DNA of 45,447 nucleotides from Gemmatimonadota bacterium. Lineage in GTDB: Bacteria > Latescibacterota > UBA2968 > UBA8231. The stretch spans positions 1 to 45,447 of the forward strand of contig JAYPJE010000014.1 in the NCBI GenBank assembly GCA_038128265.1, given 5' to 3'. Each line of letters opens with the position of its first letter. The stretch's first letter is position 1. Under the pieces are notes generated by a model. That model worked only from the letters and a program-made list of their open reading frames with translations, did not search any database and was not told the DNA's origin. This document shows, piece by piece, positions 18,736 to 28,425 of this stretch. Position numbers and translations under genes: made by a program.

Positions 18736-19716
18736 CTAGTCGCCAGCTTTTAGGCAACGACCCCAGTGGTTTTCAGACAGCGTGCTCAGCTCGACTTCTG
18801 TTTCTCTGCAGCGATCCTCGGCCAATTTACAGCGCGGAGCAAAGCGGCATCCGGCGGGAAATTCGCGCGCATCCGGCACGATTCCGGCGATAATCTCCAG
18901 CCGTTCGCGATCCCCATCGAGATGCGGAATCGACTGCATCAGACCGCGCGTATAGGGGTGCTGCGGATGGTCAAACACATCGCGCGTTGACGCGTATTCG
19001 ACGACTTGGCCTGCGTACATAACGGCGACTCGATCGGCGACCTCAGCGATAACGCCCAGGTCGTGCGTTATCATCAGTACGGCCATATCAAACTCTTCCT
19101 GCAGGCGCTGCAGCAGCTCCAAAATCTGCGCCTGAATCGTCACGTCGAGTGCCGTAGTTGGTTCATCGGCTATCAGCAGGTCGGGATTGCACGACAGCGC
19201 CATGGCAATCATGACGCGCTGGCGCATACCACCCGATAGCTGGTGTGGATACTCGTCAACGCGCTGCTCGGCCGCCGGAATACCGACTAGACGCAGCATT
19301 TCCACCGCACGGTTGCGCGCTTCCTGCTTGGATACGCCCTGGTGCAAAACAACCGATTCGGCAATTTGAAAACCGCAGGTCAGCACCGGGTTGAGGCTAG
19401 TCATCGGCTCCTGAAAGATCATCGCAATCTCGTCGCCGCGCACTTGGCACATCTCTTCTTCGCTCAGCGCTAACAGGTCGCGCCCGCCAAAGAGCACCTG
19501 GCCTGATTCGATCCGCCCAGGCGGCTGGGGAATTAGGCGCATGACCGACAGCGCGCTAACGCTCTTGCCACAGCCACTTTCGCCGACCAGCCCCAGTGTC
19601 TCGCCGCGCCGCAGCTCGAACGACACGCCATCAACCGCTTTGCCCACGCCCTCCTCCGTGTAGAAGTAGGTGCGCAGGTCGCGCACTTCCAGCAAATTTT
19701 CTCCCCTGTTGTCCAT
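18736..19716 (-). CDS. oligopeptide/dipeptide ABC transporter ATP-binding protein (OppD/DppD-like)
   Basis: [36 protein letters not shown]. Confidence 0.93.
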   Translation of the reverse strand: MDNRGENLLEVRDLRTYFYTEEGVGKAVDGVSFELRRGETLGLVGESGCGKSVSALSVMRLIPQPPGRIESGQVLFGGRDLLALSEEEMCQVRGDEIAMIFQEPMTSLNPVLTCGFQIAESVVLHQGVSKQEARNRAVEMLRLVGIPAAEQRVDEYPHQLSGGMRQRVMIAMALSCNPDLLIADEPTTALDVTIQAQILELLQRLQEEFDMAVLMITHDLGVIAEVADRVAVMYAGQVVEYASTRDVFDHPQHPYTRGLMQSIPHLDGDRERLEIIAGIVPDAREFPAGCRFAPRCKLAEDRCRETEVELSTLSENHWGRCLKAGD

Positions 19717-19717
19717 G

Positions 19718-20545
19718 CTAATTCACGGCCTTTACTGAGCGTGCTTCCACGTCCCAAAAACTCGCGCGCGCCCGACTGTCCGACCACTCGTCTGGATGTA
19801 CCTGATCCGCAGCCAGTGGGCGGCCCAACACGTCGGAAAATCCGGCGATCATGCACTCTACTAATGCGCTGCGCTCCACCGGACCGCCGACGCATTCCTG
19901 CAAATTGGTGCTGTCGGTGCGCAGGTGCTCGCGCCACTGCGCTCGTCGTGCCTCATCGAGGCGCAGGCAGTCGACCAACCGCTCGTGCGCAGGACCAATT
20001 ACGATGGATCCGTGCTGTAAAACGACTCCGGCAAAGCGCCGCTGCGCGCTGCCAACGAGCTTGCGCCCACGCCATTTTACCTCGGAACGAGCGATGCTAG
20101 AAAAACACGGCAGCGCCGCCGTGCCCCTGCGCGGACGCGGCGAGCGCACGTGCGCTCGCTCCAACTCTACGTCTGCACCAAAGCGCCGCAAACCGGCAAC
20201 CAAACACTCGCCAATAACGCCGTAGGTTTGCTCGATACGCGCCCCAAAGGACTCGCGCGATGCGGCGAAAATCGCGCTATAGGTCAACTCTTGCCAGTGC
20301 AGCACTGCGCGCCCACCGGTCGGTCGACGCACAATATCGACGCCGACCGCGCGGCATGCATCGACGTCGAGCTCCCCATCTGCCGACTGAGAATAACCGA
20401 GTGAAATAGCCGGTGGATCCCAACCGTAAAAGCGCAGCACCGAGGCACCCCCAGCCTCGACTCCAGCGACCAGCGACTCATCTAGTGCCATGTTCAATGC
20501 ACCGGTTTGCGCACCGGTGTCGATGCAGCGCCAGTCCGCTTTCAC
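19718..20545 (-). CDS. lipoate-protein ligase A family / LipM-like octanoyltransferase
   Basis: [31 protein letters not shown]; single catalytic domain. Confidence 0.88.
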   Translation of the reverse strand: MKADWRCIDTGAQTGALNMALDESLVAGVEAGGASVLRFYGWDPPAISLGYSQSADGELDVDACRAVGVDIVRRPTGGRAVLHWQELTYSAIFAASRESFGARIEQTYGVIGECLVAGLRRFGADVELERAHVRSPRPRRGTAALPCFSSIARSEVKWRGRKLVGSAQRRFAGVVLQHGSIVIGPAHERLVDCLRLDEARRAQWREHLRTDSTNLQECVGGPVERSALVECMIAGFSDVLGRPLAADQVHPDEWSDSRARASFWDVEARSVKAVN

Positions 20546-21297
20546 AGCGCACCCAAGCGCTGCAGTGCATCTTTGGCGGCCATTTGCTGAGCTTCTTTTT
20601 TACTGCGCCCCTGACCGCGCCCGATGCGCTCGCCAGTAATACTGACTTCGACGCTGAACACCTTGTCGTGATCGGGGCCTTCTTCGGCATGGACCAAATA
20701 GCGCGGGTGTCCGTTGCCCTGACTCTGCGTGTGCTCGAGCAGCTTGCTCTTGAAGTTCACGTAGTCATCCCGGCGAATGAGATCGTGAAAATCGTCCAAG
20801 ACATGCGTTTCGACGAAGCGGCGACAAACGCCCAGCCCTCCGTCTAAGTAGAGCGCCCCCAGCAGGGCCTCAAAGGCGTCGCACAGAATTGATGGCTGCT
20901 GACCACCACCTGCTCCGCGCTCTTCGGCGCTGAGCAACACATACGTTCCCAGGTCGATCTGCTCCGCTTTTTTAGCCAGTATTTGTCGACTGACAACGAG
21001 CGACTTCATCTGGGTCAAGTCGCCTTCGCGCTTGTCGCCGAAATCGCGAAAGAGATATTCTGCCACCAGCAAATCGAGCACGGCATCGCCGAGAAATTCC
21101 AAGCGCTCGTTCGACTCTATACCGCTCTCTTGAAGGGCGTATACATACGACCGATGCTTGAGCGCATTGACTAGTAGAGAAGGATTTTGAAAGCGATAGC
21201 CTATGCGCGCTTCGAGATTGCCCAGCAGCTGCCCCGACGGTTCGCCCGGCGTGGGCGCGGGACGAAGGCGATCGAGAAGGGAGGCAAACCATCGCAT
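20542..21297 (-). CDS. rnc: ribonuclease III
   Basis: NERLEFLGDAVL signature, DAFEALLGALYLD, C-terminal dsRBD. Confidence 0.97.
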   Translation of the reverse strand: MRWFASLLDRLRPAPTPGEPSGQLLGNLEARIGYRFQNPSLLVNALKHRSYVYALQESGIESNERLEFLGDAVLDLLVAEYLFRDFGDKREGDLTQMKSLVVSRQILAKKAEQIDLGTYVLLSAEERGAGGGQQPSILCDAFEALLGALYLDGGLGVCRRFVETHVLDDFHDLIRRDDYVNFKSKLLEHTQSQGNGHPRYLVHAEEGPDHDKVFSVEVSITGERIGRGQGRSKKEAQQMAAKDALQRLGAL

Positions 21298-21357
21298 AGC
21301 GCAACCCGCCGCGCCGCCGCACGCATCGGTGCGAGAGCCGGCGGCTAACCGACGACG

Positions 21358-22611
21358 CTAACCGTCGAAGCGGCCCATGACGAGCGCCACGTTATGACCG
21401 CCAAAACCAAAGGAATTATTGAGCGCGAAGCGCACCTCGACCTGGCGCGCTTCGTTCGGCACATAGTCCAAATCGCAAGCGGGATCGGGGTTTTCATAGT
21501 TGATCGTCGGTGGCACCACGCCGTTCTTGATGGCCATTAAGCAGGCAATGGTCTCTATCGCGCCAGCAGCTCCCAGCAAATGCCCCGTCATCGATTTGGT
21601 AGACGAGACCACGAGCGAGTGAGCGTGCTCTCCAAAGGTTGCCTTTATCGCCGCCGTTTCTTGGCTGTCGCCCATCGGCGTCGACGTCCCGTGCGCATTG
21701 ATATAGTCGATCGCTTCGCGTTCAACACCCGCATCGGACAGCGCAATACGCATGGCGCGCGTCCCCCCTTCCGCTTCGGGTGCCATGGCCGTCTGATGGT
21801 AGGCGTCGGCGGTAAAACCCAGGCCGAGAAACTCGCCGTATATCTCGGCGCCGCGCGCGCGCGCCCCTTCTAGCTCTTCCAACACGATAGCTCCGGCGCC
21901 CTCGCCCATAACAAACCCATCGCGCTCCGCGTCAAACGGGCGACTAGCGCGGGCCGGTTCGTCGTTGCGCATCGACAGCGCTCTCGACGAGGCAAACCCC
22001 CCGACGGACGTCGACGTCACCGCGGCCTCTGATCCGCCAGTGATCATAACATCGGCCTCGCCGTACTGTATTTTGCGCGCCGCTTCACCGATGGCGTGCG
22101 AGGCAGAAGCGCAAGCTGAGACGGTGGCATAGTTGGGCCCTTTCGCCCCCAGCTTCATCGATATCATTCCCGCCGCCATATCGACGATCATCATGGGAAC
22201 AAAAAACGGGCTTACGCGCTTGGGGCCCTTCTCTAACAGGACCATGTGCTGCTGCTCATGGGTGGTAATGCCGCCAATACCAGACCCCCATATCACGCCA
22301 ACGCGCTCGGCGTTGCGCTCATCGACGACCAATCCGGCATCCTGTATCGCCTGCGTTGCCGCATACACGCCGTAATGCGTGAAGGGATCGTTGGTGCGCA
22401 CTTCCTTCGCATCGAGCGCCGACGTCGGATCAAAGTCCTTGATCTCACCGGCGATTTTTGCCCGGTGGTCGGTCGTATCGAACTTGCTGATATAGCCAAT
22501 GCCGGAGCGACCGTTGATCAGCCCGTCCCAGAAGGACTTTAGATCGTTGCCATTGGGGGCGAGTGCCCCCAATCCCGTAACTACGACTCTGCGCCTCGAT
22601 GCCACGTACAT
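21358..22611 (-). CDS. fabF: beta-ketoacyl-ACP synthase II
   Basis: [40 protein letters not shown]. Confidence 0.97.
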   Translation of the reverse strand: MYVASRRRVVVTGLGALAPNGNDLKSFWDGLINGRSGIGYISKFDTTDHRAKIAGEIKDFDPTSALDAKEVRTNDPFTHYGVYAATQAIQDAGLVVDERNAERVGVIWGSGIGGITTHEQQHMVLLEKGPKRVSPFFVPMMIVDMAAGMISMKLGAKGPNYATVSACASASHAIGEAARKIQYGEADVMITGGSEAAVTSTSVGGFASSRALSMRNDEPARASRPFDAERDGFVMGEGAGAIVLEELEGARARGAEIYGEFLGLGFTADAYHQTAMAPEAEGGTRAMRIALSDAGVEREAIDYINAHGTSTPMGDSQETAAIKATFGEHAHSLVVSSTKSMTGHLLGAAGAIETIACLMAIKNGVVPPTINYENPDPACDLDYVPNEARQVEVRFALNNSFGFGGHNVALVMGRFDG

Positions 22612-22619
22612 GTCCTCGC

Positions 22620-22859
22620 TTAGGATTTGTTGTTCTCTTCTAGATACTTAATCGCGTCGCCAACAGACGTCATCTTCTCGGCGTCTTCGTCGGGAATGTC
22701 TATGCCAAACTCCTCTTCAAATGCCATGACGAGCTCGACCGTGTCCAGCGAATCAGCGCCCAAATCGTCGATAAAGGAAGCCTGCGGGTTAACCTGGTCT
22801 TCGCTGACGCCCAGCTGTTCGACGACTAGATCGCGCACTCTCTCTTCTATAGATGCCAT
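22620..22859 (-). CDS. acpP: acyl carrier protein
   Basis: [20 protein letters not shown]; start MASIEE. Confidence 0.97.
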   Translation of the reverse strand: MASIEERVRDLVVEQLGVSEDQVNPQASFIDDLGADSLDTVELVMAFEEEFGIDIPDEDAEKMTSVGDAIKYLEENNKS

Positions 22860-22946
22860 TTTCAATCCCCTTTGATAAGGTGAAGTTATTGAGTAAAGTC
22901 AGGCTCAAATATAGTACGGGCCCGGCGTCTACTACAAGCGCAATAT

Positions 22947-23690
22947 CTACATGGCCATTCCGCCATCGACCGAGAGCACTTGACCCGTAATGTAGGCAGC
23001 CTCTTCGGCGGCCAAAAATGCCACGGCGTGCGCCACGTCGTCTGGCGTCCCAGGGCGACCTAGCGGCACCTGCGCCAGCATGCCTTCCACCACGTCGGCC
23101 GGCAGCTCGTCGGTCATCCCCGTGTCGGGCACCAACCCAGGCGCCACGGCGTTGACGGTGATCGAGCGAGAAGCCAGCTCGCGCGCCATGCTCTTGGTCA
23201 GACCGATGAGGCCGGCCTTAGAGGCGGCATAGTTTGCCTGACCGGCATTGCCCTGTAAACCCACGACCGACGTAATGCTAATGATGCGCCCGGCGCGCGC
23301 TTTCAGCATCGGCCGCACAGCGGCGCGCGCGCAGTTAAAGGCTCCCTTTAAGTTGACCTGCATCACCGCGTCCCAGTCCTCTTCTTTCATCCGCATCAGC
23401 AGGTTGTCGCGCGTGATGCCCGCATTGTTAATGAGGGCATAGAGCGAACCAAGCTCATCAACAACGGCCCCAATCAGCTCTTCAGCCTGGTCGCTCTGCG
23501 ACACATCGGCCTGGCGCACCAAACAGCGACGCCCAAGCGCTTCGACTTCGCGCCCAACGGCTTCGGCAGGCTCCACGCTGCGCGCACAGAGCGCGATGTC
23601 GGCCCCATCTGCGGCCAAGCGCAGCGCAATGGCGCGACCGATTCCGCGCGATCCGCCGGTCACTAGCGCGACTTTGCCTTCTAGGCTCAT
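22947..23690 (-). CDS. fabG: 3-oxoacyl-ACP reductase
   Basis: TGGSRGIG, NNAGITRD, YAASK; fab context. Confidence 0.96.
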   Translation of the reverse strand: MSLEGKVALVTGGSRGIGRAIALRLAADGADIALCARSVEPAEAVGREVEALGRRCLVRQADVSQSDQAEELIGAVVDELGSLYALINNAGITRDNLLMRMKEEDWDAVMQVNLKGAFNCARAAVRPMLKARAGRIISITSVVGLQGNAGQANYAASKAGLIGLTKSMARELASRSITVNAVAPGLVPDTGMTDELPADVVEGMLAQVPLGRPGTPDDVAHAVAFLAAEEAAYITGQVLSVDGGMAM

Positions 23691-24631
23691 TAACTTTTTC
23701 CCTCCAGTTGACTCACCGTCAATTCGATCTCTTCGACACCACCCGCACTCAGGACGGGTACATCGCGGGCGATGCGGCGCATTAATCCCTTGAGCACGGC
23801 ACCCGGTCCCACTTCAACGGCGCTGTCTACCCCCGTTGCAACGAGTGCGTTCATCGACTCGGTCCAGCGCACCGCGTGGGTGATCTGCTCGATTAGATCG
23901 CGGCGCAGCACGTCCGGATCCTCAACGGGCGCGGCGGACACATTTGTTATGACCGGCACCCGCGGAGCGCGCAGCGGCGCAGCGGCCAACAGGCCGCGCA
24001 TGCGATCGGCGGCCAGCTGCATGAGAGGCGAGTGAAACGCACCGCTAACCGGCAGCTCGACAAAGCGCTTTACGCCGGCGGCGGCAGCCAACTCGCCCAG
24101 GCGCGCAATAGCCGCCTGCTCTCCAGAAGCGACAACCTGACCCGGCGCATTGAAATTGGCTGCGACGACAATGCCAGCATCGGCAGCCTGCTCGCACAGG
24201 GCAACCACCTCGTCATCAGCGGGGCCGATGAGCGCAGCCATGGCACCGGGTTGCACCTGTCCGGCCTCTTGCATCGCGCGACTGCGCTCCTTTACCAAGG
24301 CAAGTGCCGCTTCAAAATCCAACGCACCGGCAGCCACCAGCGCCGAGTATTCTCCAAGGCTGTGCCCGGCCACGCAGGCCGGCTGCAGCCCACGCTGCTC
24401 CAGCAGCTGGTAGGCGGCAACGCTGTGCACAAATACCGCTGGCTGCGTCACAGCGGTCTGGAGCAGCTGTTCTTCGGGCCCATTGAAACACACTTCGCTC
24501 AGCGCGAACTCCAGCACCTCATCTGCGCGCGCAAACAGCGCGCGCACGCTCTCGTGCGCATCGTGCAGGTCGCGCGCCATGCCGACAAACTGCGAGGCCT
24601 GACCGGGAAATATGTAGGCTATATCCGCCAT
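23690..24631 (-). CDS. fabD: malonyl-CoA-ACP transacylase
   Basis: FPGQASQ, GHSLGEY, SGAFHS; start MADIAY. Confidence 0.96.
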   Translation of the reverse strand: MADIAYIFPGQASQFVGMARDLHDAHESVRALFARADEVLEFALSEVCFNGPEEQLLQTAVTQPAVFVHSVAAYQLLEQRGLQPACVAGHSLGEYSALVAAGALDFEAALALVKERSRAMQEAGQVQPGAMAALIGPADDEVVALCEQAADAGIVVAANFNAPGQVVASGEQAAIARLGELAAAAGVKRFVELPVSGAFHSPLMQLAADRMRGLLAAAPLRAPRVPVITNVSAAPVEDPDVLRRDLIEQITHAVRWTESMNALVATGVDSAVEVGPGAVLKGLMRRIARDVPVLSAGGVEEIELTVSQLEGKS

Positions 24632-24632
24632 G

Positions 24633-25637
24633 CTATTGGGCCCAGCGAAACAGGGCACTACCCCAGGTAAGACCGGCTCCAACGCCGGTCATCAGCAGCA
24701 AGTCTCCCGCGCTGAGACGGCCTTCGTCGCACGCTTGCGACAGCGCAATGGGGATGGTAGCCGCCGTCGTATTGGCAAAGCGATCGATGTTGATCATGAT
24801 TCTATCGGCGGGCAGCTGCATGCGCTCGGCCGCCGCGTCGATAATCCGGCGATTGGCTTGGTGCGGAACAAAGAGGGCTAAGTCGCGCCCCGTCAGCCCG
24901 TTGCGTTCGAGTACGCTGGCCGAGACTTCGGCCATCTTAACAACGGCAAACTTAAAGACGGCTCGACCGTCCTGGCGCACGTAGTGCAGACGATCATCGA
25001 CGGTCTCGTGCGTAGCCGGATGCAGGCTGCCGCCGCCGCGCACGTTGAGACAGTCTACGTTTGATCCGTCAGCGCGGTGAATAAAATCCACCAGGCCGAG
25101 ATTTGGATCCTCGCTGCGCTCGAGCAGCACGCCCCCCGCTCCGTCGCCAAAGAGCACACAGGTGTTGCGATCCTGCATGTCGAGGATGGAGCTCATCTTG
25201 TCGGCCCCGATGACCATGACCCGCTGGTGCGCTCCGCTCTGGATAAACTGAGCGGCCGTAACAACGGCAAAAACAAAGCCAGAACAGGCCGCCGACAGGT
25301 CGTACGCCCAGGCATTCTTTGCGCCGATCGCCGCCTGCACCAGACAGGCCGTAGCCGGAAAGAACATGTCTGGCGTGATGGTCGCAACGATCACTAGATC
25401 GATGCTGAGCGGATCGACGCCGCTCTTTTCCACCAGCGACTTACCGACTTCAATCGCCATGCGCGATGTCGGCTCATCCTCGCCCAAAAAGCGCCTCTCG
25501 GCAATGCCGGTGCGCTCGCGAATCCACTCGTCAGACGTGTCTACGAACTGTTCGATTTCCGCGTTGGTCACTACGCGATCGGGCAGAGAATGCGCCGTTT
25601 CCGCAATGACCGCACCGTATTTTTGCTCGCTCCCCAC
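24633..25637 (-). CDS. fabH: beta-ketoacyl-ACP synthase III
   Basis: DTSDEWIRERTGI, AACSGF, LFGDGAG, PHQANRRI, ANT. Confidence 0.96.
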   Translation of the reverse strand: MGSEQKYGAVIAETAHSLPDRVVTNAEIEQFVDTSDEWIRERTGIAERRFLGEDEPTSRMAIEVGKSLVEKSGVDPLSIDLVIVATITPDMFFPATACLVQAAIGAKNAWAYDLSAACSGFVFAVVTAAQFIQSGAHQRVMVIGADKMSSILDMQDRNTCVLFGDGAGGVLLERSEDPNLGLVDFIHRADGSNVDCLNVRGGGSLHPATHETVDDRLHYVRQDGRAVFKFAVVKMAEVSASVLERNGLTGRDLALFVPHQANRRIIDAAAERMQLPADRIMINIDRFANTTAATIPIALSQACDEGRLSAGDLLLMTGVGAGLTWGSALFRWAQ

Positions 25638-25666
25638 TGCGCTGCTCGTCTGCCGGCGACGCGCGT

Positions 25667-25849
25667 CTAAACTTCGGGCTCGGCGTACTCGCGACCGCGA
25701 TAGGTGCCGCAGCTAGGGCAAACGCGATGCGGCAGAGCCGGCTGTCCACAGTTGGCGCAGGTGCTGCGCCCTGCCGCCTTGATTTTCCAGTGCGTGCGCC
25801 GCTTGTCGCGCCGCGTGCGCGAAATTCTTCTCTTGGGTACTGAAGCCAC
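25667..25849 (-). CDS. rpmF: 50S ribosomal protein L32
   Basis: VPKRRISRTRRDKRRTH, zinc-ribbon CxxC...HRVCPSCG. Confidence 0.96.
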   Translation of the reverse strand: MASVPKRRISRTRRDKRRTHWKIKAAGRSTCANCGQPALPHRVCPSCGTYRGREYAEPEV

Positions 25850-25864
25850 GTCAGACTCCTTTCG

Positions 25865-26413
25865 CTAAACGCGATTGTTCTGTGAAAATTCTATATTTCT
25901 AAGCGCATCCCAGCGCGGATCGACTTTTTCCTCGCGGTTGCCATCGCCCAATGATTCGCCCATCCCGCAGTGTGGACACCGGCCTTGACTAGCCTCAGAG
26001 GGAATGCGGATCGGCAGTTCCAATACGATCGCCTCGCGCACATAGTCGGCCAAATCGACCCAACGCGTGCCCGGATCGACAATTTCCATATAGCCGTCTT
26101 CTTCGGCTGATTCGAGTTCTTCTTCGCTGGCGTTACGGCGCTGCAGCAGCAGATCAAAAGTCGCCTGTTGGGCCTCTTGTATCGATTCCAAGCAGCGATA
26201 GCACTCACCTGCAACCGTCCATCGCACACTACCGCTGAGCGAAAAGTTATTGATGCTGCGCCGCACGGACACATCGGCTTCAACCGGTGCGCAAAAGGAA
26301 AAAAACTCGTGCTCCAGCTCCAACGTCTGCGGCTCGAGCGCAAACGTGAACGCATTCGCGCCCTCTTCGAGGTCGTCGAGAACGAGCTCGACGCGTGGAG
26401 CCGATGCGCTCAC
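25865..26413 (-). CDS. DUF177/YceD family protein
   Basis: CYRCL, DLADYVREAIVLELP, CPHCG, DPRWDAL, directly upstream of rpmF. GTG start at 26413 just after the ndk stop. Confidence 0.88.
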   Translation of the reverse strand: MSASAPRVELVLDDLEEGANAFTFALEPQTLELEHEFFSFCAPVEADVSVRRSINNFSLSGSVRWTVAGECYRCLESIQEAQQATFDLLLQRRNASEEELESAEEDGYMEIVDPGTRWVDLADYVREAIVLELPIRIPSEASQGRCPHCGMGESLGDGNREEKVDPRWDALRNIEFSQNNRV

Positions 26414-26415
26414 GC

Positions 26416-26820
26416 TCAGTCTCCGAAGAAAAAGGCGATCTCGCGCGCGGCGTTCTCTGGCGAATCCGACGCGTGCACCGCATTGCACTGCACATCGGTG
26501 CCGAAATCGCCGCGGATAGTACCGGCCGGTGCCTCATTGCTGTTTGTGGGGCCGATAAACTCGCGCAGGTGCGGCACCGCATTGTCGCGCTCGAGCACCA
26601 TCGGCACCGCAGGCCCCGACGTCATAAAGTCGACGAGCTCGCCGTAAAAGGGGCGCTCTTTATGCACCTCGTAAAAGGACTCGGCCTGTTCGCGGCTCAG
26701 GTGCAGCAGGCGCAGCTGGCGCACGACGAAACCGTCTCCCTCCACGCGAGCGATAATCTGGCCGATGGCATTTTTTGCCACCGCATCGGGTTTGACAATC
26801 ATCAACGTCTGGTCTGGCAT
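26416..26820 (-). CDS. ndk: nucleoside diphosphate kinase
   Basis: TLMIVKPDAV, FYEVHKERPFY, GTIRGDF, NAVHASDS. Confidence 0.97.
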   Translation of the reverse strand: MPDQTLMIVKPDAVAKNAIGQIIARVEGDGFVVRQLRLLHLSREQAESFYEVHKERPFYGELVDFMTSGPAVPMVLERDNAVPHLREFIGPTNSNEAPAGTIRGDFGTDVQCNAVHASDSPENAAREIAFFFGD

Positions 26821-26988
26821 TACTTCGCTTCCTATCGTTGGCGTTTTTTCATATAACACACTTTTTATGCAAGTCACTTAAAATAGGTATAATTCTTTAC
26901 CTGTCAATAATTACTCGCGCCACAAAAAAAGACCTAAGTGTATTTTAAATAACAATTTCTGATATAGGAACCGCCGTGCGTTTACTGC

Positions 26989-27017
26989 TTGACAGGGTTT
27001 TTTAACCTGCCTAGATT
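26989..27017 (+). promoter_or_regulatory. sigma70-type promoter of the HD-domain gene (near-leaderless)
   Basis: TTGACA-17 nt-TAGATT, ending 9 nt before ATG 27027; no SD. Confidence 0.65.
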
Positions 27018-27026
27018 GGCGTTCCT

Positions 27027-28370
27027 ATGGAACATCCACTCCTCGCCGACCAAGGCAAAGCCATTCGCGATCCGGTGTGGGGCTACATCCACCTGCCTCC
27101 TCCCGTATTAGCACTTGTAGACACCGAAGACTTTCAGCGTCTTCGCAATATCACCCAGCTCGGCTACGTTCACCTAGTCTATCCCGGCGCGCGCCACTCG
27201 CGCTTTGAGCACTCGCTCGGCGTCTACCATCTGGCCAAGCAGTTTCTTGCACGCCTGCTCGTGTCCGATCCGCCGCTCGAGTTGGAGGACGAAGATGTGC
27301 GGGTCTTTGTCGCTGCGACGCTGCTACACGACATTGGCCATTACCCATTTTCGCACACGCTTGAAGAGCTCATGCCGTTTTTCGTCCTGCACGAAGAGCG
27401 GGCTCGACAAATCATCCTAGACGAGAGCGGACCGATATACCACATCCTGAGCGAACAATTTGACATCGATCCACTGCGCGTGGCCAACGTCATTGACTAC
27501 AAGAGCAAAGACTGCGACGTGCCTGCCAACGACCTGCTATTGGCCAATATTCTCAGCGGCACGCTCGATCCGGACAAAATCGACTACCTCTTGCGCGACT
27601 CCATGTTCTGCGGCGTGCCCTTTGGCGAAAGCGTCAACCGCGACCGCCTGGCCTCGTCGATCAAATTCGACCCCGTGCGCAAGCGACTGGCCATCACCAG
27701 CAAGGGCGTATCCGCCGTAGAGGCGCTCGTCTTTACCAACTACCTTATGTACCGCAACGTCTACTGGCACCACGGCGTGCGATCGGCATCGGCCATGTTT
27801 AAGCGCGCCGTGCAGGATATTCTCTTACACCCAGACTGCCAGCTCGACGGCGGTCGTTTTCACCGACTGACCGAAAGCGAACTAGTCGCAATGCTGCAGG
27901 GCGAGCAACAGCGCCTCGATCTGACGGGTTCGGCCGCTCTGCTCGAAGGCACAATTTACCGCCGTCTCTATAAAGTCGGCGCCGTCATCCATCCGGGCGA
28001 GCGCAAACGCGACTTAATGCACTATCTCTACGATCTCTTCCACAACCCGGACAAGCGCCGCGCAAAGGAAATCGAGCTGTGCCGCATTTTCTCCGAAAAA
28101 CTCGGACGACCGCTCGCCGGACACGAAATCCTCATAGACATACCCGGCTTTAACAAAAGCCCCGAAGTTGATCTCAAAGTGTTCTACGGCGATGAAATCC
28201 CCTCCGATAAGACGGATCCACTCACCTTTGACGATCCAGAAGTCACCCGCCTGCGCGACTCGCTGCTGCACAACTTTGAAGACCAGGCCAAGATTTTCCG
28301 CATTTTCTGCACGGACGATCCGCAGCTGCGCGCGTTGGTGCACAGCGAAGCGAAACGCCATCTCAGCTGA
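27027..28370 (+). CDS. HD-domain phosphohydrolase (COG1078, dNTP triphosphohydrolase-like)
   Basis: IRDPVWG, FQRLRNITQLG, HSRFEHSLG, LLHDIGHYPFSH, DPDKIDYLLRDS, MYRNVYWH. Confidence 0.9.
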   Translation: MEHPLLADQGKAIRDPVWGYIHLPPPVLALVDTEDFQRLRNITQLGYVHLVYPGARHSRFEHSLGVYHLAKQFLARLLVSDPPLELEDEDVRVFVAATLLHDIGHYPFSHTLEELMPFFVLHEERARQIILDESGPIYHILSEQFDIDPLRVANVIDYKSKDCDVPANDLLLANILSGTLDPDKIDYLLRDSMFCGVPFGESVNRDRLASSIKFDPVRKRLAITSKGVSAVEALVFTNYLMYRNVYWHHGVRSASAMFKRAVQDILLHPDCQLDGGRFHRLTESELVAMLQGEQQRLDLTGSAALLEGTIYRRLYKVGAVIHPGERKRDLMHYLYDLFHNPDKRRAKEIELCRIFSEKLGRPLAGHEILIDIPGFNKSPEVDLKVFYGDEIPSDKTDPLTFDDPEVTRLRDSLLHNFEDQAKIFRIFCTDDPQLRALVHSEAKRHLS

Positions 28371-28425
28371 GGCGTCTCACTGTTGTGCCCATAGCCGTCA
28401 ACAACCCATTACCGCGCGGTGCCCT

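Noticed and set aside
21358..25637. Type II PKS or secondary-metabolite cluster
   Set aside because: Canonical FAS II genes flanked by rpmF and rnc; no chain-length factor or tailoring genes.
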